64,000 nt of DNA from the human T2T-CHM13v2.0 reference genome, Homo sapiens. Made by a program: the position numbers and the translations under genes. Below, one piece after another: positions 52,362-64,000 of the stretch. The DNA is taken from assembly GCF_009914755.1 (NCBI RefSeq), contig NC_060927.1; one strand, written 5' to 3'. Within the stretch, counting starts at the first letter, position 1; each line of letters opens with the position of its first letter. Under the pieces are notes generated by a model. That model worked only from the letters and a program-made list of their open reading frames with translations, did no database searches and was not told the DNA's origin.

Positions 52362-53438
52362 GTAAAGTACTTCTCTTCCTGGTCAGGTTGTCACGCTCTT
52401 ACTTCCTGCCTTGTCCGCGAGCGCCTGGAAAATAGAGGCCTTGAGCCCGAGCGGCGAAGTCCGGGCTTGAAGCTGCCGCTGGGAGATTTCTCTTGCTGTC
52501 ACCCCTCCCCCCTCGGCCGCTCCCCGGCGGCCCGGGCTCCCGCGCGCAGCTCCCGGGCGCCACTTTTCCAAGCTACTCAAATGTCTCGGGGAGGCCCTGA
52601 GCCTCGCAGATCTTTTCTTTAAAAAATCCTAGTCTCTATCTGGAAAAGGGCGTCTCCCCCTACCCCTCTTCCTTCTGCCAACGGACTAGTCACCGGGTCT
52701 CAGCCTTCGCTGGTGACCTTTCATGGTTTACTGTCCAACGGGACTCCGCCTGGGGAGCTGGAGAGACAAACTCTTGCCACTCCAAAATTAGCAAGCGCTG
52801 CCAGCGTCCGACTTGAAGTTGCTAGTGGTTAGTCCCAGCCTTCGCCCTTCGCGGTCCGACCGCTGAGAGGAGGGAGACTTCGTTATGCCCCGGGCCGTCA
52901 ACGGCGCCAGGAGCTAAAGGGCGGGCAGACGAAAGCGGGCGGCGAGTCGCCAGTTAGTCTTCACCGCTCTGGAGAGAGTTGCTAGCCACGGGATCCTGAC
53001 CCGGACACGAACTCGTTTCTCCACGTCGGTGCGCGCTTGCATCCCTGGCCCCGAAAGCGTGGGAATGTCCGGAAATGCTGGCGTATGGGAGTTCCTTAAT
53101 TAGAAATGCGTTAGCGAATATTATACGCTTATACTATGGGCGGACGGGTGGAGAGCCTTAAAAACAACAACAACAAACTAAGCAGTTGCTCAATCGTTGA
53201 TTGATCCTCAGGCACGTCTAGATTTTCCCACTTACATAGGTCTTGTTAAGAAACCAGTCCTGCCTTCTTGCCACTCGTGTCTTTCGATGGCTCCCTTCCC
53301 GAAGTCCCGCTGCCTCTAAGCGGAGTGTTAAGCGGGGCTCTCGGAAGCCGGTGGACCGAGATTTCCCCGGGTGGGGCGGGCGCGGTGTAGCGGCCCGCGG
53401 GCTGACTTGCTCCCGGCTGTCCCCCGGCCCCAGCGACC

Positions 53439-53577
53439 ATGCCCCGTAAAGGCACCCAGCCCTCCACTGCCCGGCGCAGAGAGGAAGGGCCGCCGCCGCC
53501 GTCCCCTGACGGCGCCAGCAGCGACGCGGAGCCTGAGCCGCCGTCCGGCCGCACGGAGAGCCCAGCCACCGCCGCAG
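53439..53577 (+). CDS. SMC4: SMC4 exon 2, coding part (MPRKGTQPSTARRREEGPPPPSPDG...SPATAA); exon starts 53434
   Basis: cag|CGACCATG start context; donor CAG|GTGAGT; 139 nt; peptide matches the SMC4 N-terminus. Confidence 0.95.
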
Positions 53578-53806
53578 GTGAGTGACCCGCCGCGACTCGG
53601 CGGGAACGCGCGCTGTGGGACTGGCAGGCAAACGCGCCCAGCCCGAGGCTGGCTGGGGTTGTTGAGCGCGGAGTTGACATCTGAAGGTCCGGTGTCGGTC
53701 CGGTAGAGGCTCAGGAAAGCCATTTGGCAACTTTGAGATAGGATTCCCGTGCAATTTTGGTGTAACGGCGCTGGAAGGGATGGGGGCGAGCAAACGGGTT
53801 CAGTTG

Positions 53807-53858
53807 TGAATTTTTGTTTGTGACCTGTGGAATGGTACAGGTCACAAACAAAAATTCA
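53807..53858. repeat. Perfect 22-bp inverted repeat with an 8-nt spacer
   Basis: TGAATTTTTGTTTGTGACCTGT-GGAATGGT-ACAGGTCACAAACAAAAATTCA. Confidence 0.95.
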
Positions 53859-54526
53859 ATATCTTTATTGTATTCCCGCTAAAATCGAGACGGTCAATCA
53901 AGAGAGCAAGTGGACTTTTTTCCCAGAGACAATCAATATGACTATGTGAGCATGATGAAAAGTTTTTTGACCCTAACCTCACCTCCGTGGTGTTAGATTG
54001 CCGTTAAAGAGAAGACGATAATTTATTTGAAGCCACTGTAGCTTTTGTGAGTCCAGGAGTTGGGTGACATTATTAAACCCTCGTGGCAGTGTCGCTGAAG
54101 TTCATGAGTTTCCAAAATGAAGGTTCCAGGTGCTCAGCGGTACGGAGAATTGCATCTAGAGCCTTAGGATTTAACCTCCTGTTTAGGATAGGCAGCAGGA
54201 AATAGCTTGTTACGGTTTTCCCAGATTTGCTCTATGATGTAGTGTTTTGACTCTTAAGAGGTATAGGTGTATAGAATTTTGTGACCGGTGGCATTTCTTT
54301 CAAGAATTTCTTTTTTAGTAAAACCAAGCTGAAGGTTTAGTCACCCCCGTGAGTTTAAGATAATAACATATTTAAGTGGAAAATATAGACTCCTAAGTTT
54401 CATAAATAACATCCCTCCATCCCCTACTTTAAAGATGGGCAGTCATTAGTTCTCCGAACTAATTGCACTAATGTAGGCTTTTCCCCCGCCGTTTGCCTTC
54501 GTTTTCCTTTCCTTTCACTGACTTAG

Positions 54527-54705
54527 AGACTGCAAGTGAGGAACTTGATAATAGAAGTTTAGAAGAGATTTTGAACAGCATTCCTCCTCCCCCGCCTCCA
54601 GCAATGACCAATGAAGCTGGAGCTCCTCGGCTTATGATAACTCATATTGTAAACCAGAACTTCAAATCCTATGCTGGGGAGAAAATTCTGGGACCTTTCC
54701 ATAAG
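54527..54705 (+). CDS. SMC4: SMC4 exon 3 (ETASEELDNR...RLMITHIVNQNFKSYAGEKILGPFHK), 179 nt
   Basis: Polypyrimidine tract + ttag| acceptor, AAG|gtattt donor, SMC head motif NFKSY. Confidence 0.97.
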
Positions 54706-54837
54706 GTATTTGTATGGAAATAACTATTTTATAACTTTTTAAATAACTATTGTAAGGTAATACGTTTTTACAAGATGTTTCAGTTTTGTAACTATCCTAA
54801 AATTCATTCACTCCCTATTTATCCTGATAGTCTTTCT

Positions 54838-54866
54838 GTCTCTCTCTCTCACACACACACACACAC
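54838..54866. repeat. Compound (TC)n(AC)n microsatellite in SMC4 intron 3
   Basis: TCTCTCTCTC followed by ACACACAC. Confidence 0.9.
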
Positions 54867-55287
54867 GTTTCATATGATTTTAACACTGAAATTATCTTTT
54901 GTTTATCTGGTTATCTTTGGTACCTCTAGTTACAAAGTTTTCCATTGAATGGAGTCGGTGTGTGTTTCTGTTTGAAAGAGTATTTTCCCTTGGATAATTT
55001 TTTTTTCTTAAAGCCTTCTATGGAACCCTTAGATAATTTAACTATAAAATGAGTTTTCTAAAACGTCTGCGTTAGAATTGGAGCATTCTTATTGAATGTT
55101 GAAGCTTTTAAGAGAGAACTTGATGTAAGAAAACTCAAGTCGTATGCCTGTGATTAGCAATGAGAACTTTTAAATACTTGCAGTTTTTAACTGCAAGTAA
55201 AAAAATCTAACAGTTTCAGTTAAAATCAGTAGTATTAGCATGACCTTATGAACTTTTCCGTGTTTTGTTTTTGTTTTTTTAATGCAG

Positions 55288-55479
55288 CGCTTTTCCTGTA
55301 TTATCGGGCCAAATGGCAGTGGCAAATCCAATGTTATTGATTCTATGCTTTTTGTGTTTGGCTATCGAGCACAAAAAATAAGATCTAAAAAACTCTCAGT
55401 ATTAATACATAATTCTGATGAACACAAGGACATTCAGAGTTGTACAGTAGAAGTTCATTTTCAAAAGATAATTGATAAG
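55288..55479 (+). CDS. SMC4: SMC4 exon 4 with Walker A (RFSCIIGPNGSGKSNVIDSMLFVFG...QKIIDK), 192 nt
   Basis: P-loop GPNGSGKS; tgcag| acceptor; AAG|gtaagg donor. Confidence 0.98.
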
Positions 55480-56939
55480 GTAAGGGATTTTTACTGTTAT
55501 TGGCAAGTTCAAGTAAGGAAAATGGACTTAAATGCATTACATATTTTATTTTTGGCTTTAAGAAATTTGTATGTAATTACAGCGGAAAGCATTGGTTTCA
55601 TTATCTCTGACCGTATTTTATTTTGGGGGAGTGGTGGTGCCTGTTAAAATACTTATTTTTTAGCTAAAGAAATGAAGTATAAATAGTTCATAGTAATCCT
55701 TTTTGGAATAAAAGCATTGAGCAGTTTTAGGGTCCTGAGTACTAAATAGGCATTATTTTACTATAAATATTCAGTTCATTTTTAAAGTTATATTTTGATT
55801 GCTTTAGAATAAATTAGCTAAACTTGAAAATGTAGCAGTTAGCCGGTTTTACCATCTTCATTATTTCAGTGCATTTTAACTCTAATGTTAGTGGCCCCTG
55901 AGTATCTGTGATATGAAAGAGCTTTGCTTCAGTTTGACTACTGCTGTAATTAAGTCCTTTAGAAATGGGGGAAGGACAAGCTAATGTTTGTTTTCTAGAA
56001 ATGGAGACAACTAGAGGTAAAATGTCTAGATTATTTACCTGTTGAGACTTTTTCTCTTCTGTTTAATAATGTAGGAAATTGATTGTTCAAAAATGACTCG
56101 ATGGAACCTAAAAATATAGAAAACTAATTACATAATGAAATTGGGAGGTGATTTGTCTTTTGAATTCGTTTTCCTTTTTTTAATACAAAGTGCTTTAATT
56201 ACACAGAATCATCTATTTTAATTTGGTTTCTTTTGTGCTTTCTATTGTACAAGTTGGGTTGGAAAATAGATTGCCAGGAAATCAGATTTTATTCCATTGC
56301 ATATTAATTACATTTGATTTATCTAAATTTTAGAAGCCTTTGCTTCAGTATGACAGAACTTTTAAGGTTAAGGGAAAGTGTTAAAGTAGATTTGCAATTG
56401 ATTTTTTTAAAAATCTGTTTAAAAGAAAATCAAGGGAATTTAGTTGTTATTTCTTTGTGATTCTTTTTACTTTAAATTAACGGCACACTCTTTACCCTCC
56501 CACACAAAAAAACTAAAGTGTATCACCCGGTTACTACCTTCCTTCCTTTTTCTTTGAATCATCATTTTAAAAAGCTGCAGCTTTTTAATCTGTCAACATG
56601 TTAATAATTTGTGTGGGTTTTGGATATGGTGGGAATCTTGTCTACGTCTTCTCAATCATAAACGTTTTTAGGCTTGTTTGGAGGTGGGTTTTTTCGTTGG
56701 CTGGTTGGTTTGGCTTCTTGATTTTTGTGATCTTTGAGAAAGGGACCAAAACAGCATGGAAAAGTATCAATTCTTTGCTAAGTTGGGTTATTAATGAGAA
56801 CTACTGGCAGTTTGTGTGCATGTTCAATTGAAGTTTTTAATCCATAGAATTAGTTTCAGTATGAAATGAGTGAATTTTGAAGTAGGCCTATGACTTAATA
56901 CCAACAATTGTTTTCTGGTTTTGTTTTTCCTCAAAACAG

Positions 56940-57116
56940 GAAGGGGATGATTATGAAGTCATTCCTAACAGTAATTTCTATGTATCCAGAACGGCCTGCA
57001 GAGATAATACTTCTGTCTATCACATAAGTGGAAAGAAAAAGACATTTAAGGATGTTGGAAATCTTCTTCGAAGCCATGGAATTGACTTGGACCATAATAG
57101 ATTTTTAATTTTACAG
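56940..57116 (+). CDS. SMC4: SMC4 exon 5 (EGDDYEVIPNS...HGIDLDHNRFLILQ), 177 nt; gene continues right of the window
   Basis: aacag| acceptor, CAG|gtaagt donor; ends at the Q-loop FLILQ. Cumulative CDS is 687 nt. Confidence 0.97.
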
Positions 57117-57199
57117 GTAAGTTTATTAAAGACTTCAAAGATTCTCTTATTCTTGTTACTTTTTTTTCTATAAAGCTAGGTTGGATGAATCCTACATTT

Positions 57200-57297
57200 T
57201 TGAGGCCTTAAAGTACTGTAGCAGCACATCATGGTTTACATGCTACAGTCAAGATGCGAATCATTATTTGCTGCTCTAGAAATTTAAGGAAATTCAT
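57200..57297 (+). ncRNA. MIR15B: miR-15b precursor (5p 57219-57240, 3p 57257-57278)
   Basis: TAGCAGCACATCATGGTTTACA and CGAATCATTATTTGCTGCTCTA form the two arms of a hairpin. Confidence 0.98.
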
Positions 57298-57356
57298 TCA
57301 AAACTATGTTTTCATCATCAGATGTTCGTTTTATGTTTGGATGAACTGACATACTT

Positions 57357-57437
57357 GTTCCACTCTAGCAGCACGTAAATATTGGCGTAGTGAAATATAT
57401 ATTAAACACCAATATTACTGTGCTGCTTTAGTGTGAC
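57357..57437 (+). ncRNA. MIR16-2: miR-16-2 precursor (5p 57366-57387, 3p 57409-57430)
   Basis: TAGCAGCACGTAAATATTGGCG and CCAATATTACTGTGCTGCTTTA form the two arms of a hairpin. Confidence 0.98.
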
Positions 57438-59882
57438 AGGGATACAGCAACTATTTTATCAATTGTTTGTATTTCCCTTTAAGGTAACATTTTAAATGAA
57501 ATGTATTATATTTTAATCTATCCTTTTCCTTTGTTTTTGTTCTTATTATCTCTTCTGATATATAACCAAAAAATGAAAAAATCTGTACACTTGGTGTTTG
57601 ATTTACCTAAGCACCTAGTTAATTTAATCTTTGTAACACTTTGGATGGTTAACTTAACCTTTACTCAAGTTGGTTTTTGTTTTGTTGAAAATGACTTACT
57701 TGGTGGAACCACTACTACTGAAAGAACGAAACTTTGATATTACATTGTTAAGTATCAGAGCTGTTACAGAGCAAGTCCTTTTAAAGAGATGTAAAAATTA
57801 AGTACCTGTGCCAAACTGATTTTTATTAGAAACCCTGTTTTCTTTAAGTAAAAGTATATTCTACCAGCATGGCTTGGTAAGAAAAATCCCCTATCTTTTT
57901 TTCCCTGTCCTCAAAATTCAGAATTTTTCGGAAAAAAAAAAAATTAGGGTAAAACCATGGCTTTGTCAAGTTCCTGTTTGATTCGAGGGTATCTTCTTTT
58001 CCTGTGTTCTATCCAGAATCACCGAAGCATAATAAAAGCAAAACTATTTTGTGATGCAGAAATGACTGAAATAAGTAGGGAATTTTGTTAGGGTGACTGG
58101 ATGTTCCTAATAACAAACTTATAAAATGTTAGCCTCTGTTTCCATTTTAGTCTTTATTCTTCAATTGTTTCTAAAAATTATTACTTTTAGACATTCATAG
58201 TATACAAGGTAAATCAGTATCATTCTAGGATAACCTTTTTTAATATCTTTTGTTACCAGGCACAGTATATTTGCAATACTTCAACCTAAACTTATTTAAA
58301 AATTAATGTTGAGGAAATTAATTGCAGATATATTTCTAAACAAGATTGGAATTTATAGAATGTGGCATTAAAGGATTTTGTGTGTTTTTAAAATCAAATT
58401 GAACTGTTTTATTGACTTACATATTCTGGGACTTGGTTTGGTTAATAATGGATAAAAAGTTATGTCCCTATATAATACTAAATTTGATGATGATACCAAT
58501 TTGCAGGAAATTGTACTTATGTTTATCTTTTGCTTAATCTTTTACCGTCATCCTGGGATAATCAAAGTTTTACATTTATCCAAAGATTCATCAAAATACA
58601 CTGCATTTTAACCCTTCTAAGGATAATTTTTTTCTCTGTACAGCATCTCTGTACGTAATTCAGTAATAAAGGAAGCTAATGTAATATTGTCCCAACGAAG
58701 TAAATAATTTATAAATTGTCAAATTTATATTACATTTGTGCTTCTGAAGTATATGGGATGCTAAAGCCAATTTGTTCACATGATAATCTGAACCTTTTTA
58801 TGTGATCTTTACAATTGTTTAAAAAACATTTCTTCCCAAATAATACAAAGGTGAATGTTCCAAGTTAACAGATTCAGTTTGACTCAATTAAATTTATAGA
58901 TAAGGACCTTAGGAACTCACTTGTTAGGAATAAGAAACAGGGATTGGACTACGGTAGAACTAATAGTGCCCAATTAAAACTTTGAGGGAAAGTGACAATG
59001 GTTTCTATGGATTGTTTTTTTTAAGTCGCTTATGAAAATCTCAGACTCCTAACTGGCAATTTAAAGCATTTGATGGTAAGTAAAAATGTGATTTTTATTA
59101 CCTTCTCTCCTACTGAATAACATCTATCTTAAAAACTGATTTGGGAGGCTGAGAAATTGGAAACAGCATCGTAGTATCAACATCCAAGACCTAAATCATT
59201 ACTTGGAATAAAACATGTAGACTATTTGGCCAGTAATAGTGATTAACAGCAAAAGTAATCTAAATTTAGTAAAAATAAACATTTATTTTTGAGATTAAAA
59301 AGAACCAAATTTTTTAGAAGTTCCTAAGAGTAAAATTTTTCAGTGTTAATATATTCGCTTAGCAAATTTTTCAAGTAGGCATTTTTATTACTTAAATCCA
59401 TTAAAAATTTCATTAATTGGCCATTCAATTGAATTCCTATTAAGGCACTATGCTAAAATGCTGTAAGTAATATTAAGATGGCTAAACCTTATTTCTTGTC
59501 CTTAAAGACACATACATGCCTTCAAAAAGTTTGTTGTGATTGACCATTGTGTTTTTTATAATCGTACATTTTCTTTTATATATACCTACTTTGGGAGCCT
59601 CGGTCCCGTTGTAAGTCTGTACAAGTAGAGTTTTATTAGCTCTGTATAACATTTCTTGGGTAACTATGACTTATAAATTAGGGGTGCTTTTGCTCCATTC
59701 AGGGGTAGAAGAATGGTTAATGTTTTTACTAAAAAGTTGTATTAATGATTGCTGCCTCAGGAATATTTTTGTAAACTCCTCAAAAGCTACAACTATTAGC
59801 ACAACTTTAATTTTGTCAAAGTTTTCAACTTCATATGCTTTTGTCTTCATATTACAAAATCTAAAGTTTGAAACACGAACCA

Positions 59883-60200
<318 letters not shown>

Positions 60201-61618
60201 TTATTTTGTAATTTGGAGATTTAATTAACCTAGGTCTGAGTTGTTGCCTAGCCATCTGTTCTTTTTTCCAATGTACTTCTCTTAAGCTTGTCACATAAAC
60301 TACTTGGGTTCTAGTCTCTTAGTCTGTAGAAATGAGCCTATGCTATAATATCAAAAGAAATTTTTAGTTTTTTCAGTAATGCCTCAGTTTTCCAAAGGTG
60401 TCTGATTCAATATCCACAACTAGGGTGAAGGTGGTGGAGAGCAGCAAGGAAGCTACCTCTAACCAACCAGAAATAGATATCAAGAAGTCCAGCTACTAAC
60501 AAGTTACTCTTTCTGTTTTATTTTAGAAAGATACTAACCTTGGTGGTTTAGTTCCTTGGCCTCTGGTAGCTTACAAAGATCAAATTAGAGTAAAATGTAT
60601 TGGAGGAAGATAAAGAACACTAATTTATAGTATAGTATAATAAAAGATATAGAAAATAAAAAGATGATCAAGATAAAAACTTAAACCTCAGTAATTTTAG
60701 GCCATTTAATTTTTATGCAAACACTCATATTTGCTGTAAGAATCACTGAAACCCTCCTTCATAGTAATTACAAGTAAAAATAAAGAGAAGAATAATTGAG
60801 GCCTTACTAGGACAACAAAACTTTGTTATAGCTATGTACTGTTTGAGTTTTCTGTAGTTGATGCTTGCTAAAATTTGGATTACATTTGAATAAGGATAAA
60901 GGGCATCATACCTATTCATTCCTCTTAGATTTCTAAGCTGTATTTCAGTAAATTGATTCTCAAAGAGTGGTATAACTGGATCATAATATCCTTGTTTGCC
61001 ACTCAAGAAAGTGTTCCATAACTTAAGATAACAGTGGTGGGAAAAATCATTTAAGACCTTGTTTCATATGCTTTAAGATACAAGAAATAGAGATAACACT
61101 GGGAACATATGAAACTTTGTCAGCATCAGATAATAGTGTTGTAGCGACTTGAAACATTTTTTGTCTGTGATTGTGCCAGTCACTATTTGTGACTTGGATT
61201 GAACCTTGATATGACTTTAAATTCAGGTTGATGTTTTAAAATTATTTCTGAAATATATTGAGCTTATTGCCCTAAATTAAAACTATATTCTGTAATTTTA
61301 CATGAGTTATGTAAGTTTTCTGAAGAAATAAGGAGGAATCCTTTAGGCACAGACTGTCAATCTACAGATTACATAGGAGATGGCACAAATGGAAAAAGAA
61401 GGAAGAAAGGAAATGGTAGCAAGTGGTAGGGCAGGCAAAGGACATCAAAGAACAGAGCAACAAGAAAAGTCCCAGGTTGTCATTGTAATACCACAGTAGT
61501 CTTAATAGTCAAAGGACAAGTAAAGGCCTGTTAATAGCCTGTTGATTCAATAATGCTAATCTGATAATATGGTAACTGGTTTAAAAAAAAGCAATACGGT
61601 ATAATAATCTTAAGACTG

Positions 61619-61978
<360 letters not shown>

Positions 61979-62396
61979 TCAACTCTATTAGAGGAAATCA
62001 TAGCTGTATCTTTCATTTTATTTGGAGAGAGAGGAACAAACAACCAAAAATGAGCAACCATTGTTATTTACCCAAAGCTAAGCTGTTTCTTAATAGCTGT
62101 ACTCTATCTCTTCAGTAAGTAATTTGCCAGGAGAAATACAATGTTTTTAAGGAATATTTTTGTCAGCGTAAACTGTTAAACACTGAATCCCAACTTTTAG
62201 CTATCTGAAAAATGTATACTTAAATAATACATTATGGCCATTTGACTCAAATGTAAGTTCTTTTGGGATGGTTTTTCATTTTCTTAAAATAAGTGTTCAG
62301 ATATTCTCCTTGAATTGGGTAGAATATTAATTGTCAGATATTGTTTTTTATTTGGATGATAAACACTAACCCACAGGATTTAAACTACAACTTCTA

Positions 62397-62731
<335 letters not shown>

Positions 62732-62958
62732 TCAGTAGTTCTCAGCTGACAGTAATTCTGCCCCTTTTCCCATAGGACATTCAGTAACGTCTGAAGACAG
62801 TTTCGGTTGTTATAGCTGGTAGAAGTGGGGATGCTACTGGTGTCTAGTGGGTGAAGGTCAGAAATGCTATTAAAGCATCTTATAATGCCCAGCATAGCTC
62901 TCCACAACAAAGAATATCCAGCCCAAAATGTCAGTAGTGCCACTGTTGATAAACCCTA
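62732..62958 (+). mobile_element. MER20-like DNA transposon
   Basis: CAGTAGTTCTCA start, internal GATGCTACTGG...GCCCAAAATGTCA, GTTGATAAACCCT end. Confidence 0.75.
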
Positions 62959-64000
62959 CGTAGATACAAACTTGAATAAGACTCTTGGCTTCCTCAGTGA
63001 CTTAACGTTCATCCTGTGTAATCCAAAGGTTTGGGCATTTTTCCAGGCTTCAATCCTGTCTAAAACTTAAACTCTTGCTGCAAACATTTAGAGAGAACTA
63101 ACAGTTGAAAGCAGAATAAAATACTTTATATAAATATCTACATATTTTCACTTATATACCGATTCATACATAATATAATGAATGTTATGGAAAATAACTT
63201 TTGGGGTAACAGTTTTACTTTGATAATCATTGTGCTTATAGACTGTCAGAAGTATCGAAAAGTGATTTATGCAAATAAAATTATTTCTTAATGAGTAGAT
63301 TTTCAAATAAGCTGTTTTGTCCACTGTTATTGAATTGTTTACTTTTTGTAATTATGTTGAGGCTTTTGGTGAATTATGATGCTCTCATTAGTAAGTTTTA
63401 CCCCACATTTTTAAGGTTCACCTGTATTCACTTAGGAAATAGGAATCACTAAGATATTTGAATTAAGAAAACAATATACTATTTTTAATGTGTAATTCTT
63501 TTTGTTGACTTTTTTCGTCTTTGCTATTTTGTTGAAAATAAGAGGTATATCTTTTTTCATTTGCCTGTACCTATTCTTCCATTGTAATAGTCTAGAGTAC
63601 AAACAAGCTACTCCTATAACGTAGCAGCATTTGGCCTGAACATACTCAGACACAATTTTCTCTCCACCATCAAACTAAATGACTGCCTAGCAGTCAGCCT
63701 TGATGGTTACTTATTATGGATTTTTTTTCTCTTTACTCTTCATAATTAAACTGCATAAATGCAAATATGTAAAGTTAATCTAAGATTTTAATTACAGTTC
63801 AAAGTTGTTATATTAGTGATTACAAACTGAAAGTTTTCTGATGTCTTATGTACCAGTGCCATTAGTTTTCTCTAGTCAAGGTGGTCTGTTTGATTTCTGT
63901 TATTACCATGAGAAATAGGTAATATCCTTTTCTGTCAAAGGCTCTTGTTTTTAGAAAACTGAACATGTAAGTTTTTGACTACCTTTGAAACCCATTACTT

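Larger units (their letters stand above)
51590..53720. promoter_or_regulatory. CpG island / bidirectional promoter shared by IFT80 and SMC4
   Basis: GC- and CpG-rich block in otherwise AT-rich DNA. NRF1 palindrome GCGCATGCGC 52135-52144; YY1 motifs AAGATGGCGG 52157-52166 and GGCGCCATTTT 52256-52266; GC box 51951-51960; reverse CHR TTCAAA 52187-52192; E2F-like TTCCCGCG 51850-51857. Confidence 0.9.

Noticed and set aside
53218-53793. Long antisense and alternative-frame ORFs (191, 144, 131 and 111 aa) over SMC4 exon 2
   Set aside because: Expected from stop-codon scarcity in a CpG island; low-complexity Arg/Pro/Gly content and no recognisable domain.
55480-56939. Cassette exon in the apparently repeat-free SMC4 intron 4
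   Set aside because: I could not pick out a convincing acceptor/donor pair by eye; it needs conservation and RNA-seq data.

Overview
Human (primate) genomic DNA: the IFT80/SMC4 head-to-head locus (3q25, recognised from the encoded peptides and miRNA sequences). The minus strand carries the 5' part of IFT80: a non-coding exon 1 and exons 2-8, encoding codons 1-259 of the WD40 region. The plus strand carries the 5' part of SMC4 (exons 1-5, codons 1-229, including Walker A), with the miR-15b/miR-16-2 cluster just downstream of exon 5. The two genes share a CpG-island bidirectional promoter. The rest is intron, rich in Alu, L1, L2, MIR, LTR and DNA-transposon relics; repeat boundaries are approximate and subfamily calls are by eye. 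I cannot support a wholly new biological system here. The most interesting signals read from the sequence are: (1) a young L1 with a ~1.1 kb 3' transduction inside one 11-bp target-site duplication; (2) a near-full-length L1 copied from an RNA spliced in its 5'UTR (SpIRE); (3) an AT-AC minor-spliceosome intron in IFT80 with competing major-class sites; (4) a perfect 22-bp hairpin in SMC4 intron 2; (5) RFX X-box-like motifs, one carried by an LTR.
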